DNA of 64,000 nucleotides from Thecamonas trahens ATCC 50062 (Eukaryota > Protista > Apusomonadida). The stretch is from assembly GCF_000142905.1 (NCBI RefSeq), contig NW_013657657.1, positions 62,001 through 126,000 of the forward strand. Reading direction: 5' to 3'. Both the position numbers and the translations under genes were made by a program. Under the pieces are notes generated by a model. The model was not told where the DNA came from. It made no database searches and saw nothing but the letters and a program-made list of their open reading frames with translations. Shown piece by piece: positions 1 to 12,366 of the stretch; the first letter of the stretch is position 1, and each line of letters starts with the position of its first letter.

Positions 1-2042
1 GTGTCGATGGCTGCGCGGAAGTCGGACATGCCGTTGTCGCAAGTCCGCGTTGTGCACTTTGGCGCCGCGTTGCCGCAGCAAGAGTTTGGCGCTGCTGGCG
101 ACGAAGATCTGCTGGATGCGGTGCGAAAGGCGGTGCGCAAGGCGCATCGGCGCGGGCACTGGCTGGTGCTGGAAAACGCACACGCGATGAACGCCTCGTG
201 GTTTGCACACCTCCAACAGTGGCTCGCCAAGGGGCCACGCACCGGCCGGGCGCGTGTTTTTATCTCGTTTGAGCCCGTGGTCCGCCCGGGCGGCTCGCCG
301 CGGATCCCGCTGCCCAAATGGCTTGTGCGTGAGGCGTTCAAGTTTGTGGCGCGCGAGGTCGGCTCGCTCCCGCAAGTGCTCGATCGGACGGTTGCGGCGG
401 TGACGGCTTCGCAGTGGCAGGCTACCCCTGTGGTCATCGGCCTTGCGTACATCCACGCGGTGTTTGTCATGCGCGAGCGGTACTTGGCAGTGGGGTGGAA
501 CGATGAGCACGCCTTTGCGCTCCGTGACTTTGTGTACGGTCTCTCGCTGCTACGAGCGGTGATGGAGTCGTCCGAAGCCGCTGACGTGCCGTACAAGCTG
601 GTGCGGTATCTGGTGACGGAGATCGGGTACGGTGGGCTCATGCTCGACGAGCGCGACGAGCGGACGGTCAACGTGTACGCCGGGCGGGTACTCAAGGCCG
701 ACCTCGATCCGACCTCGCTGCTAGTCACGGCGTCGGGGCTGGACGCCGAGACGGTGGCGAGTGCGGCGGCGAGCATGCCGATGCTCAGCCTCGAGTGGGC
801 TCAGTTGTGGCGCGACGGGCAGCAAGCGCAGTGGTCGAGGCTCGCGAGGCCGAAGCCGAGCTGGAGCCCGGTACGAGCGAGAGCGGCGAGGCACAGCTGA
901 GCCTTGTCTCGCGGGCCGGGCTCGAGCTCGGTGAGCTGGCCGAGATGGACGAGACGGTGCGGCGGCAGGCAGACGCGGCCGAGGCGCGGCAGCGGATCGA
1001 AACGATGCGGGTGCTGATGGAGTCACCGTCGGTGATGCGGTGGCGACTGTCGCAGACGGCGACGGTGGAGAACATGGTGCAGGACTTTCTCGAGCGGCTG
1101 CCGGGCCTGTTTGACCTGGCGGATGTGCTGGAGCGGCTGGAGGGCAAGCAGTCGCCGTTTGTCGACGCGTTTGTGCAAGAAGTCGACCGCGCCAACGGGG
1201 TCATCACCTCGCTCCGCTCATTCCTCGTTCTCCTCGACGCCGGCCTCCGGGCCGAAGTCGCGGTCTCGCCGGGCATGCAGTCGATGATGGAGGCACTGAC
1301 GGCCGGGAGCGTACCTGCGCTCTGGCAGGAGCTGTACATCTCGTCGCTGCGGCCGGTCAAGGGCTGGTTCGCCAACCTCCTCGCCCGCATTGCCATGCTC
1401 CGCGAGTGGGTGACGACGCTCACGCTTCCGGACGTGGTCGACCTCTCGCTCCTCTTTGCGCCGTGGTCGTACCTCTCTGCCATCAAGCAAGTGACGGCGC
1501 GGAAGAACCACTGGGACTATGACAAGCTGACGCTCAAGACCCGAGTCACCGGCCTCGCTGTCGACGGCATGATCCGTCTTCCCAAGGACGGCGTGCTCGT
1601 GACCGGCATGTGGCTCGAAGGCTGCGTGTGGGAGGAAGGCCGCGGCCTGGTGCTCTCGCGGAACCAGCCTGACTACGCGGCGCAGCTCTACACCTCGCAG
1701 TCGAAGCTCTCGGTTGTCCACGTGGTGGCGGTGCAGGAGGCCAAGCGCGGCCCTGCCCGCCGTGGCAAGCGCCACTTTCAGGCCTCTGGCGGCCCGGCGT
1801 GGGGCGAGATCGGCCCGGGCATGGCATCGGTCTTTGACGCCGACCACGACGTCGACGCCGAGGTCCTCGGCCCCGCCAAGCAGCAGGAAGTCGCCGACAA
1901 GCAGTACGAGTGCCCAGTCTACATCTCGCAAGAGCGCGGGACCTCGTACCTCTTCACCTCGCTCCTCGAGACCGACGAGAGCGTGCACGAGTGTGTCGAG
2001 GCAGGTGTTGCCATCGTGCTCGACGTTGCCGAGCAAAAGTAA
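1..2042 (+). CDS. Dynein heavy chain, C-terminal part (AAA6/lid and C-terminal domain); 5'-partial, apparent frameshift near 790-810
   Basis: ORF 1..900 has GHWLVLENAH, LAYIHAVFVMRERYLAVGWN and EIGYGG..D..DER; ORF 795..2042 has FVQEVDR, VPALW, DLSLLFAPWSYLSAIKQ..AR, GVLVTGMWLEG..W, YECPVY and GVAIVL. All are typical dynein heavy chain C-terminal motifs. The two frames join by a -1 shift. Confidence 0.85.
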
Positions 2043-2104
2043 AAAGCCAGCGAGTCGCAAGCTGGGTCTGTGGTGTAACTCGAAAGATGCGTTTAAGAGG
2101 AGGT

Positions 2105-3047
2105 CTAGTGGACAATCTCGGGGAGGCCGATGGCGTCGGACCAGCAGTGGCCACGCGAGGCAGCAGCCTTCTGCATGGCGTCGTTGCAGGTGTAGACGTT
2201 GAGCGAGGTGTCGACGCAGAGCTCGATAGCCTGGAGAATCGGCGGCGAGGAGGTCTCGGCACCGTCAGCCTTGTTGGCCGGCATGCAGAAGACAAGCGGC
2301 GGCATCTGCGCGTCGGTCAGCGCAGACTTGATCTGGTCGAGCGTGTAGGTCTTCGAGTTGGACGGGTAGATGCCGGCCGACTGGAGCGCGTCGAGGACCT
2401 TGAGCTGGGCCTTGAGCTGGAGCACCCCGTTGAAGAACTTGTACTGCGAGCCAAGGACAGAGAGCTCCGCCGCACACGTCCCGTGCTTGGTCCACTCATG
2501 CGCCCAGAAGCCCTCGTTACCCTTCGAGTCGGGCCAGATCGACGCCCACTCGACATTCATCTCCGGCAGCAGCGACGAGATCTGCGACTCGTCAAAGGCC
2601 TCGTGGGTGCACTGCGACGGGCCCGACGTGTCGTTGTTGGTCGGCCAGAGGCCATGGATCGAGAATCCGTTGAGCCCAGACGGCACAGCGTTGCCGCCCG
2701 AGACCGATCCCGGCCACCTGCATTGGGAAGGGACGTGGGGGAGGGAGAGGGGGGGAGGGTGAGTTCCAGGCATTGAAAATATTATTTCTTTGTGTGCGGG
2801 TGGTTGCCGGAACAAATCCGGCCCAGTCGTGTCACGAGCCATCCAATCAAAACGCGGCTCGGCGGTGGAGGGGGGTACCAACGGGAACGGGAACGGGAGC
2901 GAGGGAGAAGGAAGGAAGGGAGCGGTCGACGTACATGAGGCGGAACACCATAAAGTCCCAGTTGACATAGCCCGGGGCAGCAGAAGCCGAGGGCGCGACC
3001 GCCAGCGCGAGGGCGAGCGCAACGAGAAGAACAGCAACAGAGTTCAT
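2105..3047 (-). CDS. RNASET2: Secreted ribonuclease T2 (exons 3047-2935 and 2717-2105)
   Basis: Signal peptide MNSVAVLLVALALALAVAPSASA. A GTACGT...TGCAG intron restores FRLMWPGS. CAS-I FSIHGLWP and CAS-II FWAHEWTKHGTC are present. Confidence 0.93.
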
Positions 3048-3231
3048 GGTCGAGTGCCGCAACCGATGGCGGCGGTGAGAGCCAATCCGCCGCACTCGCA
3101 TCATATTCGCCAACATTCGTTCGCAGACTCAGAACGGGCGGTCAGGTCTGGCTTTGGCTCGCTGCTCGGCCTGACCCCAGGCGACGGGGCCGACGGCCGA
3201 CTACGGCGTGGTATACTCAACTCTTTCGACC

Positions 3232-4954
3232 ATGGCCGACGACCGCTCGAAGGTTATTGTGTGCGACAATGGAACCGGCGTACGTACCCAAGTCCGTGCA
3301 TGGACTTTGCCTTTCCTCCCTCGCTCCCTCTCCAACCCCTGGCTCGTGTGTACCCATGGCCATGGCGGTGTAGCTGTGGCCGTAGCTGTGGCTGACCTCG
3401 AATTCCCATGAAATTTCGTTGCCACCGACGGCTCCTCCCGCAGGCGTCGCGCCCCCGCCCCCCCCCCCAGCGCGACTCCTAAGCGCCCCAGTCTCTCGCA
3501 GTTGTCACCTCGTCATCCTCCGCGTGACTCCCACCATACCGTCATGGGGGTGGCTGATGGGTCGCCATGTCGCCTACGTTCTGCGACATGGAACACGCAA
3601 TCCGACCGCCGAAGGCAAGGGTTGGTCATTTTTTTCGTCATTGGTGGTGTTGGTCGTCGGTGACCGCCATGGCTACTGATCGATCACCGCTGATCGATCA
3701 CCGCTGATCGATCAGTAGCGGCGTCGGCCCAGGTCGGGACAACCCCCCCCCCCCTCCCCCCCGCTCCGGCTGGGGACGACGACAACTCACGCAAAGAGTG
3801 CGGGGCGAATGAGAGGACAGTTTGTGAAGTGCGGTTTTGCGGGAGCCAACTTCCCGACGGCGATCTTCCCGTGCATGGTGGGGCGGCCGATTCTCCGGTC
3901 TGAGGAGAAGGTGGGCAACGTGGAAATCAAGGACATCATGGTGGGTGACGAGGCGTCCAAGGTCCGCTCGATGCTCGACTGCAAGTACCCGCTCAACAAC
4001 GGCATCATCCAGGACTGGGACGACATGCTCCATGTGTGGGACTACACGTTCTCGGAGAAGCTCGGGATCGACCCGAAGGAGTGCAAGATCATGCTCACCG
4101 AGGCGCCGATGAACCCGGCCCAGAACCGCAAGAAGATGATCGAGACCATGTTTGAGCACTACCAGTTTGAGGGCGCGTACATCTCGATTCAGGCTGTGCT
4201 CACGCTCTACGCACAGGGCCTTTCCACCGGTGTTGTCGTCGACTCGGGCGACGGCGTGACCCACATCATTCCGGTCTACGACGGCTTTGCACTCCCGCAC
4301 CTCACCCGGCGCCTGGACGTGGCCGGGCGCGACATTACCCGCTACCTCATCAAGCTCATGCTGCTCCGCGGCTACGCATTCAACCGCACGGCCGACTTTG
4401 AGACGGTCCAGAACATCAAGGAGGAGCTCTGCTACGTCGGCTACGACCTGCCGCTCGAGCGCCAGCTGGCCCATGACACCACCGTCCTCGTCCGCCCGTA
4501 CACCCTCCCCGACGGTCGCGTCATCAAGATCGGCCGCGAGCGCTTCGAGGCCGCCGAGTGCCTCTTCAAGCCCGAGCTCATCGACGTCGAGGCCCCGGGC
4601 GTCGCCGAGATGCTCTTCAACACCATCCAGGCTGCCGACATCGACACCCGCCCCGAGTTCTACAAGCACATTGTGCTCTCCGGTGGTACCACCATGTACC
4701 CGGGCCTGCCCTCGCGCATGGAGCGCGAGATCAAGCAGCTCTACCTCCAGCGCATCCTCAAGGGCGATACCGAGGCCCTCAAGCGCTTCAAGGTCCGCAT
4801 CGAGGACCCGCCGCGCCGCAAGCACATGGTCTTCCTCGGCGGTGCTGTCCTTGCCGACATCATGAAGGACGCCCCCGACTTCTGGATGACCAAGGCCGAC
4901 TACGACGAGCATGGCATCGACTACGTGCTGAAGAAGTGCTTTTCGATGGCGTAA
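3232..4954 (+). CDS. ARP2: Actin-related protein 2 (exons 3232-3279 and 3821-4954)
   Basis: [16 protein letters not shown]|FVKCGFAG is joined across a GTACGT...GACAG intron. Arp2 signatures [33 protein letters not shown] are present. Confidence 0.96.
3665..3723. repeat. Inverted repeat/hairpin made of 14-bp CTGATCGATCACCG units, inside the Arp2 intron
   Basis: GCTACTGATCGATCA (from 3672) and TGATCGATCAGTAGC (ending 3719) are perfect reverse complements. Confidence 0.8.
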
Positions 4955-5014
4955 AGGCTCTCCACACTCCCTCGCTCTTTCCCTCTGTGTTGCGTTTGCT
5001 AAGTCTCTGCCAAT

Positions 5015-8000
5015 TTATGCCTTGCCTTCGAGCCGCGCCAAGTGGCGGAGCTTGAGAGCAAACGCCGCGCGCTGGGCCGTGTGGGTGTAGCTCTTGCCCT
5101 GTCCGACCGTCTGCCACCACGGCGGAATAAAGTGCTCAAACATGGTGGCCATCGATGGGACTGAGAGCAGTGGCTCGGACATGGCCTGCAGGACGGTGCC
5201 GCGGAACGTCCGCGGCACGTCCTCGTCCTCCATCACGGGATTGCCCAGCAGAGGGAGGACGATGACGATCCAGATTTCCAGCGGCACGCCCGACGCCTGC
5301 GCCAGTGCCTGGATCGGATTGCGGCAGGTGCGGGCGAGGGCGTTCCAGTCACGGTTCGGGATCCGGACTGCCCGCTCCAGCACCGGGTGCGAGCCCATGA
5401 GCTGGATGAGGACCGGCGTCGCCGGGTCGATGAGATAGTCGATGATCGAGTTCTCAAGCTCCGAGTGCATGCGCGCGTAGCGAATGCCCTCAAACAGCTC
5501 GTGTGAGGCAGCAAGCGCAGCCTTGTTGGGTGCACCGCGTGTAAGCGCCTGCGTGCTGCTGGCTTCGCGCCGTGCTACCTCGCTGTTGGCCGCACCGCGC
5601 CGTGCCGCCGCTAGCGCCGTCCGATGCATCGACGCGAGGAGGAGCTCGGTCATGGCCTGCGAGCCCTTGCGGGCGGCGGCAGCGAGCGGCGTGAGCCCGG
5701 TGAGCGTCGCCAGCTGAACGCACGCGCCGTGGGCGAGAAGAAGCTTGGCCACATCGGTGTGCTCGTTGTACGCCGCAAAAAAGAGCGGCGTGGCGCCGTC
5801 AAGGCGTGTGGCGTCGACCGAGGCATGGTACGGGTCGAGGAGAACGCGCACAACAGCGGCGTGGCCTTGCTGCGACGCCACAAAAGCGGCGTCGCCCCGT
5901 CCTGCGCCGCAGCCTCGGGGTCGGCCCCGCCGGCGAGCAGCGAGCGTGCCACGTTGACGAAACCGTCGTAAGCCGCAACGTACAGCGGCGTGGTGTGGTC
6001 GTGGTTGGCGCGGTTGACCTCAGCGCCGCGCTCCACAAGGAGCTTGACCACCGCGTCGCGGCCCTCACGGGCGGCGGCGTACAGCGCCGAGCACCCTGTC
6101 GAGTCGCAGACGTTGACGTCGGCACCGGCATTGATGAGCTCTTCGGCGACGGAGGTGTGGCCCTCGCGGGCTGCGACCCAAAGCGGTGTCGTCGCGTTCT
6201 CCTTTGGCTGGTTTGGGTACGCCCCGTGCTCGAGCAGGATGCGAACGACCTCAACATGTCCTGCCCTCGCCGAAGCGTAGAGCGCCGACCACCCGCCAAC
6301 GTAGGTGGCGTTGATAGCCGCGCCGGCCTCGACAAGAAGGCGCACAACCTCGGCCCGCCCGTACCGTGCCGCCACGCACAGCGCCGGCCACCCGCCGTTG
6401 TACGCCTGGTCCACCTTGGCGCCAGCTTCGATGAGCGTCCGCACAATCTTAGTGTGCCCACGTTGCGCCGCCACATACAGCGTGCTCACGCCGTTCTCCT
6501 TGGAGAGGTTCGGATCGGCGCCGGCCTGCAGCAGGTAGTTAACAACCTCGTCATGCCCGTCGTACGCGGCGTAGAGTAGCGGCGTCGTGCCTTCGTGCCC
6601 AGTCCGGTTGACCTTGGCTCCGTGGCGGACCAGGAGCTTGACCACCTCAAGGTTGCCTTCCTTGGCTGCCGTCGACAGCGGCGTCGTGCCCTCGCGGTGC
6701 GAGATGTCCGGCGGCGCGTTCGACTCGAGGAGGACAGCCACAATGTCCACGTGGTTCTTCTGTGCCGCAGAGTACATGGCCGACGTGCCGTCGGCCGCCG
6801 TGATTTGAACCGACGCCCCGTACGCAAGCAGGATCTTGACCACGTTAAGGTGGCCCTTTTCGGCGGCTGCAATGAGCGGTGTGAGCCCGGTCTCCGTCTG
6901 GGTGTTGACCTGAGCGCCCTTCTCGAGCAAGTACAGCACAATAGCGTAGTGGCCCTCGCGTGCCGCCGTGTACAGCGGCGTCCAAGAGTCCTTGTCCTTC
7001 TTGTTGACGTCGGCTCCGTGATCGATGAGGTGGCGGACAACAGTCTCGTGCCCGTCGCGGGCGGCAACCCAGAGCGCAGTCGTTCCGTTGGTCTTGCGCC
7101 GGTCGATCGACGCCCCGTGCTTTAGCAGGAGCTTGACCACGTCGAGGTGCCCGGCCCGCGCCGCGGCGTACAGCGCCGACCATCCGTCAACGTACGAGAC
7201 ATCGACCTGAGCGCCGGCGGCAATGAGCAGCTTGGCCACCTCCAGCCGTCCGTAGCGCGAAGCGACGCAGAGCGACGACCACCCGTGGTCGTAGGTGCGG
7301 TCGACCTCGGCGCCGGCCGCAAGCAAGTCGGCCACCACGTCCGAGAACCCGCGCTTCGACGCCACGTACAGCGGCGTCACGCCCTTTTCCGTCACCGCGT
7401 CAACCGCCGCCCCCCGATGCAACAGCTCGCGCACGCACTCGAGCGCGTTGTTCTGCGCCGCCACGTAGATGGCCGGCCACGGAACTGGTGCCTGCAAGTC
7501 GACCATGTTGCAGTCAAGGAGCGCCCGCAGCGCCGTCACGTGGTTTTCTTGGCATGCGAGGAGAATGAGCGTGTGCATGTCAACCTTGCGCTGCGCCGCG
7601 GAGGCACTGCTCTCGCCGGACGCAGCCGCCACACACTCTTTGGCGAGGCTCGCCTGGAGGTCAGCTGCGTTGGCCTTGACCGCCGCAAACAAGCCGACAG
7701 GCACAACTTTGAGCGCCGCCGGTGAAATTTCCTGGCAGACCCAGCCCTCGTCCGACTCGTCGGTCTCACGCCGGTGCCGCGACGACCCGCCACGCCGCGA
7801 CGACCGCCCGCTCCGCGAAGCTCGCGACCGCCGCCGTCCGCTCCGCGACGACCGCCCGCTCCGCGAAGCTCGCGGCCCGCGCCCTCCACGCTCGCGCTCA
7901 CGGTCACGGTCGCGCTCGCGCTCGCGCCGCGACGACCCAGCCCTGGAGCTCTCAATGTGACCGTGCGTCCGCGCTTCCGTCGCCTGTCCATGACCGACTG

Positions 8001-9147
8001 CCTGCCGTGTCCGGCTGGGTACCGCTGCGCTTCTGCCACCGCCGGCTCGACCGCCGGTGGCAGGCGCGAGGCTGGCAAGTGCGTCTGTGGCGGTCGGCGA
8101 CGGCAGCGGCGCCACTGTGGTGAGCATGGCCGGCACCGGCATCGGGATGGCGCCGACTGTGGGGCCACCGGAAGCCGCTGCCACACCAGCTCCGGCTTCA
8201 GCCCCGGCTCCAGCTCCCGCTCCAGCTCCCGCTCCAGCTCCAGCTCCGGCCCCAGCCTCCGGGAGGCTAGCGCCAATGCTGTCGTTCCCGACGCCACTGG
8301 GCGCCGCCGTGGGTAGACTCTGGGTGTGTGCAGTGCGGGAGGCGCGGCCACGTGGCGCGACGGGTGGATGAGTGCGGTCGTGGGTGCGATTACGGTCGCG
8401 ATCGCCGCCGGTGGCCGGCTCGTCGCTCGAGCCGGAGCGAGAGCGGGAGCGTGATCGCGACCGCGACCTCGACCGCGGACGTGAGCGGGTCCGCGGCGAC
8501 GAGAACGGCGGCGCCGACGACGATGCGGTCGACGCAGCGCTAGTGAGTATCGGCATGGCATGCATGACTGGATGGGCCTGTTGCGAATGCTGGTGCGGGA
8601 GAGCCGGATGGGTGGGCGGAGCGTGGATCCGGGCGTGCGGCGGAGGCGATGCAAGGCGGCGTGGCCCGTGTCCGCCGGCAGGCTGAGTCGTAGCCTGTGG
8701 CGGGCGTGGGGGTGGGGGTGCGTGGGGTGGGTGCGAGTGCGGGTGCGGGTGCGGGTGCGGGTGCGAGTTGCGAGTCGATGCGGCAAAAGCGTTCGCGTCT
8801 GGGAGTTGAGCATGAAGCGGCGGGAGGCCGGGGGTGGGGGTAACCGGAGCTGGCGAGCGGGATCCGAGCGGCGGCGGCCGAGGGCGACCTGCCGGACGAG
8901 CCACATCCAATGTGTGTGGCTGCGGAAAGGCCCTTCGTGACGCCGACGAGCTCGACCGCTGCGGCCGCTGCGGCCGCTGCGGCTCGCCGTGTCCCGCACT
9001 GCCACCGGCGGCCTCTGTGGCGTTGGAAGCAGATACTTCCTGCCGTGTCGAGTCAACTAGTCCTGTCGTCGTTGTGGCCGTCGTTGTACTTGTTCTCGTC
9101 GTGACATTCCCTGCCCCGGGTGGTGAGAGCGAACGAGGCTCGCTCAT
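5015..9147 (-). CDS. Ankyrin-repeat protein (~20 repeats) with a long Pro/Arg/Ser low-complexity N-terminus; apparent frameshift at ~5882
   Basis: Repeated TPLxxAAxxGHxxVVxxLLxxGA units run through ORF 5650..9267 and continue in ORF 5015..5881 (TPL[F]VASQQGH) if one T is added to a T4 run. Start is taken at MSEPRS. Confidence 0.88.
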
Positions 9148-9460
9148 GACGTGGGAGGACGACGCTATGTGAGGGTCGACTGGAGGAGACCCGGGAGTAG
9201 GAGCCGAGGGTGGGAGGATGGGGATGGGGTGGGAGGATGGGGGTGGGTGGGGTGGGTGGATGTACAAGGGACGGGGGGGGGATGGTATGCGGTTGGAGAC
9301 GAGTGGTAGCTGGGCTGGGTGGGAGAGGTAGAGTGCGGTTGGTAATGCTTGCGGCTGTTGGTCGGGTGGCCGTCATGGTGGCGTAGTGTGCGAGTCGCAT
9401 TCTCTGTTTTCCACGACCTTTTTTACGGCCGCCGGCAAAAAAAGGGGACATTCCTTGCGT

Positions 9461-9466
9461 ATCATC

Positions 9467-9523
<57 letters not shown>

Positions 9524-9570
9524 GTCATCATCATCATCATCATCATCAGCATCATCATCACCATCATCAC
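9461..9570. repeat. (ATC)n microsatellite in a divergent intergenic region
   Basis: About 36 ATC/CAT units with few interruptions. Confidence 0.95.
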
Positions 9571-9834
9571 CTTTAGTGGTGTTGATCATGGTTGGGTGAA
9601 AAACGCCCAAAAATAGAAATACTGTACGTTTGAGTGACACGATCCACTCACGTGATTGTTTGTTCCTTGGTACGGGGCTGCCGAGACTGCCTCCTGGCTC
9701 TTGCCGTGGCTTGCCGTCTACCTGCCCATCTTGGTCGGCACGAGAAAATCAGCAAGAAAACAGCAGTGCTGAGCCAGCCGCGCAGGTCGTCGTGCCTGCC
9801 GCGTACACACTCCTCCTCAAGCGCTTGCACAGGC

Positions 9835-11211
9835 ATGAAGGCCATGCGTGTTCCATACATGGTGGCGGCAGTGGTGGTGGTGGTGATAACGGCGGCAGCA
9901 GCCCTGGCTGCAAGCGGAGCGCAGGCGCACGTGACCGGCAACGACGAGCAGATGGTGCAAGCCATCGACTGGGCGCCTGTGCAGGCTGTGCTCGAGGCTG
10001 CGGTGGAGGATGGGGCGTTCCCCGGGTGTGTGGCTGGTGTGGGGACCCGTGACGGCTTTGTCTTTCTCTCGCCGGTCGGCGCCTTTACCTACGGTGACTT
10101 GCCGCCGCTCAACTCGGCCGTGCCAGACATGGTGGCCGACACGCGATTCGACGCCGCATCTGTGACCAAGGTTGTGTCGACGACGTCTGCGGTGATGCGG
10201 CTGTATCAGGACGGGCTGCTTGATCTAGACGCGCCTGTCACGCGGTACCTGGGCAAGGCGTACGGAGTCCATGGCAAGGCGCCGATCAAGGTCCTCAACC
10301 TCATGCTCCACAACGCGGGCTATCCGCCGGACCCGGACCCCAACTACTGGATGCCAGCCTTTGGCTGTCCTGAGACGGCCAAGTACCACCCTGCCGAAAA
10401 CTGGTCGTGCCAGGACAAGATCTTTGCCGGCTTGCTCAACCAGACGCTTATCAACCCGGTCGGCCAGGTCTACGTCTACTCGGACCTCTCCATGATCACC
10501 GCCATGTACGTGGTGGGCTCGGTGGCCAAGGCCGAGGGCATTGTCACGCCTGCGGACCTCATTCCGGGATGCGACCAGGGAGGGCCGGGAGCGCTACAGT
10601 GCTACTACGAGGCGTATGTGGCCAAGCACGTCTTTGGCTACCTTGGCATGAGTAACTCGGGCTTCCTCCCGCGGCTCGCCGAGTGGCCGCTGGCAGCGCC
10701 GACTGAGAACGACACCACCTATCTTCATCGCGTCATTCAGGGCCAGGTCTCGGATGGCAACGCGTACGCGCTCGGTGGTATCTCGGGCCACGCCGGGCTC
10801 TTCCTCACGGTGCCGGACGCGTACATCCTGATGCACCGCCTGATGTTTGCAACCGCCGACGACGTATTTGCGAACGCTACTACCGTCAAGTTCTTCACCA
10901 CCGTCTACAACGTGAGCCAGAGCTCACGCGCCATCGGCTGGGACACCAACAACTACCAGGCCAACACCATCCGCTCTTGCGCCAACCTTTCGTCCGACAC
11001 CTACCTCCACCTCGGGTACACTGGCACCCAGATCTGCAACGACCCGCAGCGAGAGATCTTCACCTTTCTCTTTACCAACCGCGTCTACCCCACCGCGCTC
11101 AACATCAAGATCCGCCAGGTCCGCCAGCTCTTCAACAATGCCGTCGTCGCCGCCTGGGACGCTGTCCACCCGCCGCCACCGTCTGCCTCAGGGCCTCGGC
11201 CACTGCCCTGA
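9835..11211 (+). CDS. Secreted beta-lactamase-family (PBP-like) serine hydrolase, AmiE-like
   Basis: Hydrophobic signal peptide, FDAASVTK (SxxK), [26 protein letters not shown] and HLGYTGT motifs. Confidence 0.88.
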   Translation: MKAMRVPYMVAAVVVVVITAAAALAASGAQAHVTGNDEQMVQAIDWAPVQAVLEAAVEDGAFPGCVAGVGTRDGFVFLSPVGAFTYGDLPPLNSAVPDMVADTRFDAASVTKVVSTTSAVMRLYQDGLLDLDAPVTRYLGKAYGVHGKAPIKVLNLMLHNAGYPPDPDPNYWMPAFGCPETAKYHPAENWSCQDKIFAGLLNQTLINPVGQVYVYSDLSMITAMYVVGSVAKAEGIVTPADLIPGCDQGGPGALQCYYEAYVAKHVFGYLGMSNSGFLPRLAEWPLAAPTENDTTYLHRVIQGQVSDGNAYALGGISGHAGLFLTVPDAYILMHRLMFATADDVFANATTVKFFTTVYNVSQSSRAIGWDTNNYQANTIRSCANLSSDTYLHLGYTGTQICNDPQREIFTFLFTNRVYPTALNIKIRQVRQLFNNAVVAAWDAVHPPPPSASGPRPLP

Positions 11212-11291
11212 GCCCACAGCCTAGTCGGACCCTGTCCCGGAATAACACAGTGAATACTTCCGTACAACCTCTCTGCGCCAGCCTTTGCCGT

Positions 11292-11840
11292 CTACACGTG
11301 GCCCTCTGCCTCGCGAGCCTGGAAGATCTGCTCGTTCCACGCCCGGATCCGCCGCCGCATCTCCTTCTTGTCTTCAAAGCCCGCCGGGAGCGAGATGACG
11401 TAGCCCCGAGCGCGGATCTCGTCGAGCGAGAGCTGCTCGGCCGCAGCATGGCCAGCGCCTCCATTAGCCTCTCCGCCAGCACCATCTGTTGCTTGACCGT
11501 TCTCGCCGGCCTTGCCATCTCGCCCGGCGCTGCCAGACCCACTCGCTCCTGCAGACCCACTCGCATGGGCTTCGACCTCTGCCGCCTCCCGCGCCGCCAC
11601 CAAGTCTTTGATCCACGCCACCATCGCTGCCCGCATGTACACCGGATCCTCAAACACAGCCGGGATAGACATCACGTAGCCATCTTCTCTGCTCCCGGTC
11701 TTTGTCACCACTTCGACGCCTACTCTGGCCCCGACCTCCGCCCCGACCTCTGCCCCGACCTCCGCCCCGACTTCTGCCCCGACCTCCGCCCCGACCTCCG
11801 CCCCAACCTCCGCCCCAACCTCGACAACTCTGTCCGCCAT
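11292..11840 (-). CDS. Hypothetical protein with (AEVG)n tract and an internally duplicated ~33-aa motif; start uncertain (11840 or 11909)
   Basis: Open frame with coding-like codon usage. It contains two similar segments, [14 protein letters not shown]....W.....AREA and [14 protein letters not shown]....W.....AREA, and converges on the beta-lactamase-like gene. Confidence 0.6.
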   Translation of the reverse strand: MADRVVEVGAEVGAEVGAEVGAEVGAEVGAEVGAEVGARVGVEVVTKTGSREDGYVMSIPAVFEDPVYMRAAMVAWIKDLVAAREAAEVEAHASGSAGASGSGSAGRDGKAGENGQATDGAGGEANGGAGHAAAEQLSLDEIRARGYVISLPAGFEDKKEMRRRIRAWNEQIFQAREAEGHV

Positions 11841-12366
11841 GCTCGTACCCACCCAGACAATGTCTGCTGCGGCGACTACGAGTGCGTCAAGTGGTGGCAC
11901 TGCGTGCATGACGACGGCCACGACGACCACGACGACGACGACCAGCCCACACACCTTCACCCCTCCCCCCCCCCCCNNNNNNNNNNNNNNNNNNNNNNNN
12001 NNNNNNNNNNNNNNNNNNNNNNNNNNNNNNNNNNNNNNNNNNNNNNNNNNNNNNNNNNNNNNNNNNNNNNNNNNNNNNNNNNNNNNNNNNNNNNNNNNNN
12101 NNNNNNNNNNNNNNNNNNNNNNNNNNNNNNNNNNNNNNNNNNNNNNNNNNNNNNNNNNNNNNNNNNNNNNNNNNNNNNNNNNNNNNNNNNNNNNNNNNNN
12201 NNNNNNNNNNNNNNNNNNNNNNNNNNNNNNNNNNNNNNNNNNNNNNGCCCCTCCGCCCACCTCCTCCCCCCCCCACCCCCCACCACACACACACACACCC
12301 TGCCCTTCCTCCCAATTTTCCTCCATCCCACCACCACTCACCCAACCGCACGACCTTTTCCTGCAG

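Noticed and set aside
9053-9640. Poly-Asp/His/Met/Ile ORFs
   Set aside because: These are translations of the (ATC)n microsatellite.
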